NCBI GenBank assembly: GCA_038046605.1
Contig: JBBSVW010000023.1
Location: 1-53,859 of the forward strand
DNA length: 53,859 nucleotides
DNA from: Candidatus Micrarchaeota archaeon
GTDB lineage: Archaea; Micrarchaeota; Micrarchaeia; Norongarragalinales; SBBD01
Direction of reading: 5' to 3'
The notes under the pieces are model-generated. The model saw nothing but the letters and a program-made list of their open reading frames with translations. It searched no databases and was not told the origin of the DNA. The first letter of the stretch is position 1. Each line of letters begins with the position of its first letter. The translations under genes and the position numbers were made by a program. This document shows positions 44,660 to 53,859 of the stretch, one piece after another.

Positions 44660-45262
44660 CTAGATCGGGATAACTAATGTCGTAATCAAGGCTGAAATGA
44701 GCCCTATAAGGATGCCCCAGATGATCTGCCAGATGCTGTGCGCCTGAAGCTTTAGGCGCATATAAGCTGAAACCGGAACGAGCAAATAAAGCACGCCTGC
44801 AGTTGGTCCGAAAGCGGTAACATAGAGCGTAACCAATCCCGTCAAAATGGATGCATGCGCGCTTGCCTTGACGAAGAAATTAACAAGGTAATGGGCCGCA
44901 TAGGTAACAAACAACCAAACTCCCAGGAAAACCAATACTGGCGACCCTAAATATTGAAACAGCAGAGTTGCAATACCAATTATTGCCATGTATTGTGGGT
45001 AAAGTTTGAATCTTAGCTCCCGCGGCGTTTTCTTATAAACATCCGGGTCTGGATGGAGACGAGTTAGGAAGAAATATGGAATTGCAGCAAACGCCAGCAC
45101 CCCTAATATAATTGCATTGAATTGGCCGAGGTTACCCAAGGATTCCGGTTTCAGCAGTGCAAATGTTACCACGGCTATTGCGGAAAGCATTTCAGCTGTC
45201 ATCAGGGATGTCCAGAATTCCAGTTCGTTTTTTTCAGCCATATCTATTCTTCCAATTCTCAT
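44660..45262 (-). CDS. polytopic membrane protein (weak PAP2-like motifs)
   Basis: Has 5-6 predicted TM helices. KASAHAS and R-x5-H-x3-Q weakly resemble PAP2 motifs C2/C3. An alternative start is at 45241. Confidence 0.5.
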   Translation of the reverse strand: MRIGRIDMAEKNELEFWTSLMTAEMLSAIAVVTFALLKPESLGNLGQFNAIILGVLAFAAIPYFFLTRLHPDPDVYKKTPRELRFKLYPQYMAIIGIATLLFQYLGSPVLVFLGVWLFVTYAAHYLVNFFVKASAHASILTGLVTLYVTAFGPTAGVLYLLVPVSAYMRLKLQAHSIWQIIWGILIGLISALITTLVIPI

Positions 45263-46172
45263 ACGATTTATACATATCGAAAATTACAGTTCTCGGGAAT
45301 TCCCACCGCAAGTCACCTTTGGAGTACAAAAAGAGATCCCGCCAGATATGCTGTAGGAACGCGTATTTCAGGGCATCGTTCAAATATGCCTCCTCGAATT
45401 CATTAAGTTTCCTGGCCTTCGTATATCCGTTCATTAATGCATCATATTTTTCCGTATCAAGTGCATTGTTCTCGAAGCACCACCAGACTACGGTTTTCAT
45501 CAGGTCCATAATGAAGGGTCCCTCGAAGCAATAGTCGAAATCTATTACTCCCGAAAGGGAGTTCTTGAGGAAAAGTACGTTTTCGGGTTTGACATCGCAA
45601 TGGATGGGCCCGCGCGGCAGTGAGTTTGGTAAGCGCACCTCCTTCATGTCTTTTTGGAATTCTTTGATGAATTTTTCTTTATCCGGAAGGTCGCTTTTCA
45701 AAATGCTTATCTTATATGCTTGAAATCTCTTCCTGATTTCAGGCAAATCCTGCGATTCGCGCTTTCCTGTAGGTCGAAAATTTTCCGAAGCCGAATGAGC
45801 ACTTCCTAAAAATTCGCCAATTTGAATCAAGCGATTGCTAGTAATAGCTGTTGGATGACTTCCTTCAATATACTTGAAAACACACCCCCAACACTGTTTG
45901 AATTTGAAAATCCGATCCCCGTTTTTCATGTAGATGATTTTCTGGACTGGCAATTTCCTGCTCCAGAGTTTTTTCAGGAAATCCAGTTCATACTCGATTT
46001 CAGATCTGCTCCTATGCCGGTTAATCCGAATCACATACTTGCCTTTGGCTGTGCTTATCTTATAACTCAAATTCATCTGGCCCATGCCCAGTCGTTGTAT
46101 TCTTTTTATCCCTCCTATCGGATAGTTTGCCAAGATTCGTTTGATTTCTGACTTACTTACCGTATCTATCAT
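45234..46172 (-). CDS. aminoglycoside/choline-kinase-type phosphotransferase (APH family)
   Basis: PIHCDVKPENVLF (H-x-D-x4-N catalytic loop) and GVIDFDYC (DFD metal-binding motif). Confidence 0.8.
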   Translation of the reverse strand: MIDTVSKSEIKRILANYPIGGIKRIQRLGMGQMNLSYKISTAKGKYVIRINRHRSRSEIEYELDFLKKLWSRKLPVQKIIYMKNGDRIFKFKQCWGCVFKYIEGSHPTAITSNRLIQIGEFLGSAHSASENFRPTGKRESQDLPEIRKRFQAYKISILKSDLPDKEKFIKEFQKDMKEVRLPNSLPRGPIHCDVKPENVLFLKNSLSGVIDFDYCFEGPFIMDLMKTVVWWCFENNALDTEKYDALMNGYTKARKLNEFEEAYLNDALKYAFLQHIWRDLFLYSKGDLRWEFPRTVIFDMYKSYENWKNRYG

Positions 46173-46610
46173 GCCGTTCAGCCAATAACTCTATCAGCTC
46201 GTATTTAATAATAACTTCTTCCGCAAGAACCATCCGAACCCCTCCCGCGGAAGCAAAGCCCCAAATCCTCCGCTCCTTCACCCTAGCCCTTCAGCTCTCT
46301 GCCAAACCCTGGATAATTGGTGGAAAATATTCCCAAAATTTTGCCGTTAATTTTAAGGGGTGAAGTTTTACGCCTGTTCAACCCCTTAAATTTTCTAGCG
46401 CAATAGCGGTTTTTGTATTCTGAAACGAGTTCTCGATTTCTCCGCCTGGTTTGCTCCATATAATATATCTATATTATACGACTATCTCGCCTTGCCTCAA
46501 ATAGGCCGATTTTTCTATTATCCTCTTTATTGATGCCAACAAATAGGCTTATATTGTGCAATTTGTTCTACTATTTAGTAGTTTAAACACCGCAATAGGC
46601 AGTGGTATTT

Positions 46611-47282
46611 ATGGCGTTTTGGTCAAGTGATGCCGGACGGGTTCACAATGTACTATTATCTCGGCCAAGTCGAGTAATTTCCAGCAACGAAGTGAAGCGC
46701 GTTTGCAGGGCCGTAGGGGTCAAGTACAAGACCGCATTAGCAGGGCTTACGAGGGCTAAAGTCATTGTTCCCGTGGTCTTCAAGGGGATTTATTACGTCC
46801 GTGACCGTGATGAGCGAGACCTTGAAACTATCCGAAAGGATGCGTTGGATTCGGTTGCCCAGGCCTGTGCCCTTAAACTGGGCAAGGATTGGTATTTTGG
46901 ATTGGCTACGGCGCTCTTTTTATCCGGGATTTGGGGTCAGCAGGCCCTGACTACGATAACCGTCATCTCAAAAAGACGCATCCAACGGAAAAGCCGCTTT
47001 GCGGGGATGAACGTCGAGTTCAGGCAGTTGGCCGGAGTGCCTTTTTCCTTGCAAGTGAGCCGCAAGGGGCATATCCGTTTCAGTGAGCCCAGTCGGACGG
47101 TTTTGGATTACGCTTATTTTGGAGCCCGCGACCCGAAAATGAGGGAGTTTGCCAAGGCCATTTATTTCGAATATTCTGCAACGGCAGGTGGCAAGGTTAA
47201 GCGGTTTTCAAGGATTCGCAATTTAATCCGGAAATATCCCCGGCTTTATGGGGTTTATCTGCGCAGGCTTTTTGAGGAATAA
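46611..47282 (+). CDS. abiEi: AbiEi-like antitoxin/transcriptional regulator
   Basis: A 220-aa protein immediately upstream (3-nt gap) of an AbiEii-type nucleotidyltransferase. The N-terminus is wHTH-like. Assigned mainly by context. Confidence 0.55.
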   Translation: MAFWSSDAGRVHNVLLSRPSRVISSNEVKRVCRAVGVKYKTALAGLTRAKVIVPVVFKGIYYVRDRDERDLETIRKDALDSVAQACALKLGKDWYFGLATALFLSGIWGQQALTTITVISKRRIQRKSRFAGMNVEFRQLAGVPFSLQVSRKGHIRFSEPSRTVLDYAYFGARDPKMREFAKAIYFEYSATAGGKVKRFSRIRNLIRKYPRLYGVYLRRLFEE

Positions 47283-47284
47283 TA

Positions 47285-48253
47285 ATGGCAAATTCTGAGA
47301 AAATATCCGAAGAAAATCAGCCCCAGTCAGACCTGATGGAGGCTATCCAGAACAAGGAAACACCTGGAAAAGTCCGAAAAATGGCCGAAATCATTGCCGC
47401 CGTGAACAACCTGCCGGTTGGTTTGGTGGAAAAGGACATTTGGATTACCTACGCCTTGCGGGAAATCTTTTCCCTGCCAGAAGCGAAACATCTTGTATTC
47501 AAGGGCGGCACGTGCCTGGTCAAGGCCTACTGCGGGTATTACCGCTTCAGCGAAGACATTGACCTGACTTGGGCGAATGGGAAGGTCAGGGAGCATGCGT
47601 TCAGGAAGGCGATTATTGAGAAAGTGAGGTCGCAGCTGGGCTTGGAGTGGGATTACCACGACAAGGTGAAGACCGGCATGGCCGGCACCCATAGTGGCGG
47701 TATCATGAACTACTTCTTCCTAACGCCCAAGAACGGCTCAACGCCAAGCAAGCTCAAGATAACCGTTGCTTTCGATGAGAAGCTCTCGTTCCAAACCGAG
47801 CGCAGGAAGCTTAGGCACATCGAAGTCAACCGGGAGAAGGAGCGGGAGCTGGTGGCCATGTTTGACGACGTGGCAAGGGCCTATTTCGGGCCTTTGGAAG
47901 TCCCTTGCTATTCCTTGCAGGAGATTGGCGCGGAGAAGATCCGAGCTGTGCTTACGCGCAAGCTCCAGCCGGTGCGTTCTCGGGACTTGTTTGACTTGTA
48001 CAAGATGGGTGGGGATAACCGCCTAGCCAAAATAGCGCCCCCTGATGCCGTCAAGGCCAAGCTTTTCTCTGCGCTCAAGATTCCCGCCTATGCTGCCGAA
48101 TACAAGCGGAATATCGCTGACCTCCGAAATCATTTGCAGCAGCTCGCTGTGCAAGCGGCACTGGACCCGGTATTCATAGAAAAGCCCGACGTTGAAGCCT
48201 TGAAGGTCTTTGCAGAAAAGCTTGAGAAATACATTAAAAGTCAAGCGCTGTGA
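47285..48253 (+). CDS. abiEii: AbiEii/AbiGii-family nucleotidyltransferase toxin (DUF1814)
   Basis: VFKGGTCLVKAYCGYYRFSEDIDLT matches the KGGT-x-L ... R-x-S-x-D-(I/L)-D signature of AbiEii. Confidence 0.75.
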   Translation: MANSEKISEENQPQSDLMEAIQNKETPGKVRKMAEIIAAVNNLPVGLVEKDIWITYALREIFSLPEAKHLVFKGGTCLVKAYCGYYRFSEDIDLTWANGKVREHAFRKAIIEKVRSQLGLEWDYHDKVKTGMAGTHSGGIMNYFFLTPKNGSTPSKLKITVAFDEKLSFQTERRKLRHIEVNREKERELVAMFDDVARAYFGPLEVPCYSLQEIGAEKIRAVLTRKLQPVRSRDLFDLYKMGGDNRLAKIAPPDAVKAKLFSALKIPAYAAEYKRNIADLRNHLQQLAVQAALDPVFIEKPDVEALKVFAEKLEKYIKSQAL

Positions 48254-48690
48254 ATGGCTGTTTCTTGGAATACGCCACGTTCAATGCCCTGGCACTAAGT
48301 AATCTCGATCAAATTTGTCTATGGCGGCCGTACAACGTTTTCTGGATTCAATGTCCAAAATGCGCATTTGCCTCGCAGATTGGAAAAAAATCCAACCTGT
48401 TACGAGTTTTGAAATATTCGGTAACGGAAGGGCTTTGGAAAGGAACGCATAGCTTAAATTATCCGCTCCACGTGATGCATATGCCGGCTTCCTCTCACGC
48501 CTGAAGCGCCTCTTGAACTGAAAGAGGCGTCTCCCTCTGGGGCACTCAAAGGCGCCAATTCAGCATCCTCCTCGTAGAGCGCATCTTCCGTTTACCCTCC
48601 TGTTTAACTCCTGAGGCACAACCGGCTTCGCCGTATAATTATTATTCTTTGCAAGCATTAGAAAATTATGGGAAGCATGCCGGTGACTTC

Positions 48691-49608
48691 ATGAGCAAAT
48701 CGTTCACCAAAACTCTTAAGGCGCTCTTTGCCTCTTCCCGGCCAATCCAATCCACCCTTTCTATTTCACAACCTCTTTTTGGCGCCTTCCTTGCAGTTGG
48801 CGCCGTTCCATCTCCCGAATTGATGATCCTTTTGGTTATTGGGAGCGCGGCTGGACTTTATGCCGTCTTTTCCATAAATGATCTTCTCGATTATAATCTT
48901 GACCGCCAGATGGTGGCAAGAAGGAAGCAGGTGGGATTTGACCTCGATTCGGTGTTAGCGCGGCATCCCCTCACGGCTGGACTTGTTACAACTAACGAAC
49001 AAATTGCCTGGATTATTGCAATGGGCATCATTGCAATTATCATCCTCCTATCCCTTAGCACCACTGCCCTCGCCTTGTTTTTTTTAGCGATCTTGTTGGA
49101 AGCCCTCTATTGCCGCCTCGCATTAGTAACCGAATACAAGTTCGCCTTTGCAGGTGCCGTGGTTGCCGTCGGCGTAATGATTGGATGGTTTGCCGCAGGG
49201 GGAGGGTTTGCCGCCATACCCCTGCTCCTTCTTAGCGGATTATTCTTCGCCTGGGAAGTCGGGGGAAGAAACATCCCCAACGACTTGTCGGATGTGGAAC
49301 AAGACAAACTTCTCGGGGTAAGGACATTGCCATCAGTTTATGGCGAAAAAACATCATCGCTATTGATCGCGCTATTTGGTTTCGCAGTTTTGATTGCAAA
49401 TATTGCACTGGGGGTTTTACTTTCACTTGGCATGCCATATCTCGTTCTTTCCACCCTAGCAGGCATCGCATTCCTGATCCTTCCCGCCCTTTTTCTGATG
49501 GCAAACCCTTTGCCCAAAGAGGCACTGAAGTATTTCAATAAAGCCTCGATCTACCCTTTCTTCCTCTTAGCGCTCCTTGCATTTGTTTATGGAATTAATG
49601 CACCATGA
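48691..49608 (+). CDS. UbiA-family prenyltransferase
   Basis: It is polytopic. INDLLDYNLDRQ matches the N-D-x-x-D-x-x-x-D first Asp-rich motif, and a second acidic motif is DLSDVEQDKLLGVRTLP. A TTG at 48649 is an alternative start. Confidence 0.8.
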   Translation: MSKSFTKTLKALFASSRPIQSTLSISQPLFGAFLAVGAVPSPELMILLVIGSAAGLYAVFSINDLLDYNLDRQMVARRKQVGFDLDSVLARHPLTAGLVTTNEQIAWIIAMGIIAIIILLSLSTTALALFFLAILLEALYCRLALVTEYKFAFAGAVVAVGVMIGWFAAGGGFAAIPLLLLSGLFFAWEVGGRNIPNDLSDVEQDKLLGVRTLPSVYGEKTSSLLIALFGFAVLIANIALGVLLSLGMPYLVLSTLAGIAFLILPALFLMANPLPKEALKYFNKASIYPFFLLALLAFVYGINAP

Positions 49609-50435
49609 AAAATTGCTTCCATTAGAAGGAAAAGATAAGCGGCCGGAGCAACAATCGAAATGCCTTTTTGCGGGGTTTGATTCAAAGGCCAAAGGAATAG
49701 AATAAGGAATAGAATTGAAGCGCCGGCTCGATAAATTGTGAACGAATTAAGGAGGGCTAGAAGCGTTCCAAGCATCAGAAAACCAATTGATAGGCCTTTT
49801 GCTCCCGGAATTCCAAATACATTTGAAATATTGGGCCTCCCTGTCCTGGAATCCGTTTCGGAATCCGCCGTATCCATCCACGTTTTTACTCCCAGTAGGA
49901 TCAGGAAAACGGGGCCCAAAAGCGCTGCAAACGAATTCCAATCATTTCCATTTGCTACGATGAAAGCGCCGGACATTGCAAGCATTACTCCAGAAGGATA
50001 AGCAAGCAAGCCCGCAAGCAAGTTTCTGGAAAGTATTCGTGAGTACGACACTCCAATTGCCCAAGCGGCAAAGAGAATAGGAAAGAGAATTGCCCCAGCA
50101 TTAACTGCAAGGTAGGCAAAGCCAACCAGGGCAAACGCTGAACTGATTATTGAAATCGCGGCCAGTTCGTTTTTAGTCAGTAATCCGGTGGCGCCATGGG
50201 CAAATGTAAACGACTTAAACCTATCTTCCTTTCTGATAAATTCATCTTCATATGTATCAAGGGCATGAACCGCATAGAGGCAAAAAAGAAGTGAAACAAA
50301 CAAAATGGTTATTTCAAATGAAAAAATGCCATCAGCAAATAGCACGGCAAGGAAAACGCAGGTAAGGGTAGTTAAAAGAGTTAGGGGCCGCAATTCCCTT
50401 AACAGCCCCATTATTTTTCTATCCATTGATGTCAC
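49587..50435 (-). CDS. UbiA-like polytopic membrane protein (divergent prenyltransferase)
   Basis: Has 8-9 TM helices, HALDTYEDEFIRKED, and DTADSETDSRTGRPNISNVFG, which resembles the second UbiA motif. Its 3' end overlaps the convergent UbiA gene by 22 nt. Confidence 0.5.
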   Translation of the reverse strand: MTSMDRKIMGLLRELRPLTLLTTLTCVFLAVLFADGIFSFEITILFVSLLFCLYAVHALDTYEDEFIRKEDRFKSFTFAHGATGLLTKNELAAISIISSAFALVGFAYLAVNAGAILFPILFAAWAIGVSYSRILSRNLLAGLLAYPSGVMLAMSGAFIVANGNDWNSFAALLGPVFLILLGVKTWMDTADSETDSRTGRPNISNVFGIPGAKGLSIGFLMLGTLLALLNSFTIYRAGASILFLILFLWPLNQTPQKGISIVAPAAYLFLLMEAIFHGALIP

Positions 50436-50525
50436 GCTTTGCGCATTTCATTTCTTTGGGCAAAAGCCCTTTTTATAGGGGTTTTTTAAGCCTCGGCGCC
50501 AAAATACCTCTCCAAAGCTGATAGA

Positions 50526-50930
50526 ATGGAATACGAAAAGATGCTGGATAAGGTGTATGCGACCCTTCCCAAAAAGCAGGAGAGTGGGGAACGCTTTGAA
50601 ATACCAGTAGCGGATGCCATATTGCAGGGAACCAAGACGTTTATCAAGAACTTCGATGCTATTTGCGCAAAAATCCGCAGAAGCCCCGAGGAGGTTTCCA
50701 AGTTCCTATTCCGCGAGCTTGCAATACCTGGCAAACGGGAGCAAAACGGGCTGATATTGCATGGAAAAATGAACATGCGCCTGGTCAATGAAAAGATCAC
50801 GCTATATACCCAAACGCATGTGATTTGCAAGGAGTGCAAAAAGCCAGATACGCATATTGAAGCCCATGGCAGGGGGCCAAAGAGCCTTATTTGCGAGGCG
50901 TGCGGGGCAAGAAGCACGATTCTTGAATGA
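50526..50930 (+). CDS. eif2b: translation initiation factor aIF-2 beta subunit
   Basis: MEYEKMLDKVYATLP...RFEIPVADAILQGTKTFIKNF...VICKECKKPDTHI...LICEACGA has the conserved N-terminal helix, core and C4 zinc ribbon. Confidence 0.9.
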   Translation: MEYEKMLDKVYATLPKKQESGERFEIPVADAILQGTKTFIKNFDAICAKIRRSPEEVSKFLFRELAIPGKREQNGLILHGKMNMRLVNEKITLYTQTHVICKECKKPDTHIEAHGRGPKSLICEACGARSTILE

Positions 50931-51023
50931 TAATAAGGCAAAAAGAATTGAAAGCATGGATTGTGACGGGAAAGGATGAAACATTAACGGCTTAAATTTC
51001 AAAAATATTTTGGTGACAAAAAT

Positions 51024-51323
51024 ATGGACGCTCCAAGCGCAATTCCAGAAGTTCACATCCGCCTTCCAAGGAAGGGCGAAATTTTTGGCCTCGTCAAGGA
51101 GATGCACGGCGGGGGCAGGATGCGCGTTGAATGCGCCGATGGCAAGGAGAGGCTTTGCCGCATACCCGGAAAAATCAAGATGAGGGTTTGGGTCAAGGTG
51201 AACGATGTCGTGCTCGTCAAGCCGTGGGAAGTTGAGAGCGATTCCCGGGCGGACATTGCCTACAGGTACATCAGGCCCCAGGTCGAAATACTAACAAGGA
51301 AGGGGCTTTTGAAATTCAAGTGA
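51024..51323 (+). CDS. eif1a: translation initiation factor aIF-1A
   Basis: RLPRKGEIFGLVKEMHGGGRMRVECADGKERLCRIPGKIKMRVWVKVNDVVLVKPW is the S1-like OB fold signature of eIF1A. Confidence 0.9.
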   Translation: MDAPSAIPEVHIRLPRKGEIFGLVKEMHGGGRMRVECADGKERLCRIPGKIKMRVWVKVNDVVLVKPWEVESDSRADIAYRYIRPQVEILTRKGLLKFK

Positions 51324-51412
51324 ATTCCGGGGCTAATTTTTGACTTGCCTTGCACGATTGTCGGAAAAGTGGGGGCAATTTGTTTTTATATCACTATTGA
51401 TTACTCTATTTC

Positions 51413-53431
51413 ATGTCCCTAAACAAGATTCGTTCCTTCGCCCTCCTGCTGCTGATTTTGGCATCCTTTTCTGCGGCGGACTTATCCTGCAGTTTCGCAC
51501 CGGCGCAATATAGCGCATTTGCAGGCGTGGAAATCAACATCACCGTTAAGTTGATTGACGAGGACAATAAGACGCAAAGCGTAGCAATCGACTGCGGCAC
51601 GGGCATAATCGCAGGAGGGCCGGGCCTTGGCCCGCCTGAGCAAACGCCAACCCCGATCAATTTTACATGCGCCTATCCCCAAGCGGGCCAATATAACGTT
51701 ACAGGATGGATAATAATAAAAACGGGCGGGGAGACGAAAAGCTGCACGAACAATGCGACCGTTCAGGTAATGGCGGCGCCGGCAATTTCGCAAATTACCG
51801 AGGGAAACCAGACCCTCGCATCGATAGATATCTCATGGCTGACGGATCAGCCGGCGAATTCATCCATAAGTTTTGGGATAACCGACAGGGCCGGCATCGG
51901 AAGCGCCGAATTGAGGGTTCACCATTCATTGAAGCTTGCAAATTTGCAGGAGGGGAAAACCTACAACTACATAATCGAGAGCTGCAACATAGCCGGATGC
52001 ACAAGCTCTGTTACCCGGGCGTTCATGCTTGTAAACATTTGCACCGTCCAGAATGCGTGCGAAACCTCGCCTAACGGCCCCCTATACCGGAAATATTCGC
52101 TGAATGAGACCGCCAGTTGCGAATTGAAACAAACCGATACTTGCACGGCAGGGGCAGGCGGATGCTGCGAGGCAACATGTGCAAACGATAAAGGATGCCT
52201 AACAACCGCCAGGGCAAATGCATGCGTAGACATATGCATAGAGGCAACACGCAAAACACTCAAAATAATAGGGGTTTGCACCGGATGCGGCATTAGCAAT
52301 GCAAAGGGTGAGTGCGGATATTCCCAGAGGGTTTGTGATGCGGCAAGCAAGTGCAAAAGCACAAGTGATTCCATCAGCTGCGGGGGCGCAGCATACTATT
52401 GCATAGAGGAAAATGGCAATTTCGTTTGGAGCCAAAATGCCGCATCGTGCATCCCGGCATCAACTCCAGTTGCAACAATATCATCAGGAGGGGGAGGCAG
52501 CGGCTCCGGAGGCGGGAGTGGAACTGGGGCAACGCCAACTCCAACGCAAAGCATGCCACCAGGAAATTTGGATTCGGGACATGTGCCCATTCCATTTTTA
52601 GGCGAAACAAATCCGGCAGATTCACTTATTGGGATAGTTGATAATGAAACCATTGAAATAATAAAAAAATCGCCAAACAAGGAAAGCTACAACTTGATAC
52701 AGGTCGTTTCCCACCAATTCGATCCGGAACTGATACGGGAGGGCGCGCGGGTCCTTCTTATTGCAACCACCGATTCTGAATCCCCCCTCAAAACTCCAAG
52801 GTGCTATCCCGCCCCGGCGGATCCAAGAAAAGCCATTGCCGCGGATTGCTCTTGCTCGGAAAACCTGGGCGGCAATTTCTCAAGGTTTAGGTGCGATATC
52901 ATTCCCAAATTCCCAAAACTTCTGGCCGGAAGCTACACGATTGAATTGTCAAATGCGCTTGGCCAATCAGGCTTCCAGACAATAGAGCTGCCAATTGGGA
53001 AAAGCGCAAAACTGACAAGGCTCACGGTCAAATCGGGTCGCAATGAACTTTTGTTCTATGGCGCCATTTTCGCGGGGATGATGCTTATTTCTTACGCGCT
53101 ATTCCACGTGCTTTCGAAATTTGAAAAAGCGGCAAAAGCGGGGGAAATCCTGCGGCAGCAAAAGCAAAAAGTGCTCTCCGACATGGAAACGCTAAAATTC
53201 CACTATTTGAAAAGGGGCATAGACTATGCCACCTACAATATGGCAATGATTCAAAAGCAAAAGGAATTGACGGAGATCAACACACGGATAGCCGAATCCC
53301 AAAGCGGGAAGGGAGGCAAAATGGAAGCGCCAAGTGACTCAAATGCGTGGGAGGGAAAAAAACAGGCATCGGGGATTTCGGGAAAGACGGATTTGCCGGA
53401 TGCTGGAAATTCAGCGCCAAACCAAAGTTAA
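51413..53431 (+). CDS. type I membrane surface protein, paralog of 16011..18959
   Basis: Has a signal peptide, an FN3-like SWLTDQPANSSISFGITD...GKTYNYIIESC, and a Cys-rich region ending AYYCIEENGNFVWSQNAASC (compare NHYCIRQGEKFLWSLDDTFC). A Gly/Ser linker, CSCSENLGGNFSRFRCD...GSYTIELSNALGQSG, a TM helix and a coiled-coil tail LKFHYLKRGIDYATY follow. Confidence 0.85.
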   Translation: MSLNKIRSFALLLLILASFSAADLSCSFAPAQYSAFAGVEINITVKLIDEDNKTQSVAIDCGTGIIAGGPGLGPPEQTPTPINFTCAYPQAGQYNVTGWIIIKTGGETKSCTNNATVQVMAAPAISQITEGNQTLASIDISWLTDQPANSSISFGITDRAGIGSAELRVHHSLKLANLQEGKTYNYIIESCNIAGCTSSVTRAFMLVNICTVQNACETSPNGPLYRKYSLNETASCELKQTDTCTAGAGGCCEATCANDKGCLTTARANACVDICIEATRKTLKIIGVCTGCGISNAKGECGYSQRVCDAASKCKSTSDSISCGGAAYYCIEENGNFVWSQNAASCIPASTPVATISSGGGGSGSGGGSGTGATPTPTQSMPPGNLDSGHVPIPFLGETNPADSLIGIVDNETIEIIKKSPNKESYNLIQVVSHQFDPELIREGARVLLIATTDSESPLKTPRCYPAPADPRKAIAADCSCSENLGGNFSRFRCDIIPKFPKLLAGSYTIELSNALGQSGFQTIELPIGKSAKLTRLTVKSGRNELLFYGAIFAGMMLISYALFHVLSKFEKAAKAGEILRQQKQKVLSDMETLKFHYLKRGIDYATYNMAMIQKQKELTEINTRIAESQSGKGGKMEAPSDSNAWEGKKQASGISGKTDLPDAGNSAPNQS

Positions 53432-53561
53432 TATATCCCCCAATAGAAGCGTTTTTATTGGAATCAATCCAGAAAATATACCTCCTGATGCTTATTGGGA
53501 TTTGGGTGCAGGCGCCCATAAAATAAGGGAAATTTCGTTGCGCCTTTGGAAAGCTATTTTG

Positions 53562-53635
53562 GGGCTCGTAGCTCAGCTTGGTAGAGCGTTCGGCTCTTAA
53601 CCGAAATGTCAAGGGTTCAAATCCCTTCGAGCCCG
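53562..53635 (+). tRNA. tRNA-Lys (anticodon CUU), no intron
   Basis: GGGCTCG TA GCTC AGCTTGGTA GAGC G TTCGG CTCTTAA CCGAA ATGTC AAGGG TTCAAAT CCCTT CGAGCCC G forms a perfect cloverleaf. Confidence 0.92.
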
Positions 53636-53750
53636 TGACAAAACTATGGGGGCCTAGCCCCCCTACTTTTGTCGGATCGTCACCCCCCAAATTTGTTTTG
53701 CGAATTAATCAAAATCAGATTCGTACTCGTGTCGCCCCTACCACCTTATT
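53636..53750 (+). other. conserved hairpin plus CGTGTCGCC element (copy c), downstream of tRNA-Lys
   Basis: It has the hairpin GTGACAAAACTATGGGGGCCTAGCCCCCCTACTTTTGTC, then ACTCGTGTCGCCCCTACCACCTTATTT. A TATA-like TTTACATTTATAATTTA lies at the window end, so another gene (possibly an RNA gene) may start just beyond the window. Confidence 0.55.
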
Positions 53751-53859
53751 TACCTCTGCGAATTCAGCAACTCAAATTGCAATATGTCCTGTCGCCTTTA
53801 TTCCCCAATTTGTTCATCGAACCATTATCATTTGAAAAAAGTTTTACATTTATAATTTA

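Overview
This 54 kb window looks archaeal, probably from an uncultivated small-genome (DPANN-like) archaeon. That assignment is an inference from several features: class III (prepilin-type) signal peptides, the conserved archaeal gene string L44e-S27e-aIF2alpha-Nop10-PAC2, aIF2beta, aIF1A, L40e, and two tRNA genes with introns after position 37. Housekeeping genes sit at 8.7-15 kb, 38.9-44.5 kb and 48.7-51.3 kb. They are interleaved with an unusually high number of toxin-antitoxin and abortive-infection modules: HicAB, PIN, three RelE-type pairs, AbiEi/AbiEii and an MNT-like nucleotidyltransferase. A four-gene pilin-like cluster lies at the left edge.

The centre (about 16-38 kb) is an accessory island of very large secreted or surface proteins. 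It holds a 982-aa type I membrane protein (with a 672-aa paralog at 51.4-53.4 kb and two decayed 3' remnants at 36.1-38.2 kb). It also holds two cadherin/He_PIG-like proteins, a 1567-aa S8 subtilase with a dockerin pair plus a cohesin-like module, and two COG1373-type AAA ATPases.

The strongest candidate for a novel system is a translationally coupled five-gene minus-strand operon at 26365-34752. A 1258-aa secreted repeat protein ends in an Hjc/PD-(D/E)xK-like nuclease-type module. A small cytoplasmic partner gene follows it. Next comes a chimeric secreted protein that re-uses the end of that module, and then a duplicated fusion of the same partner family. This modular layout resembles bacterial polymorphic toxin/immunity loci, but none of the domains is one I can name with confidence. 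No rRNA, CRISPR array, transposase or integrase was recognised.
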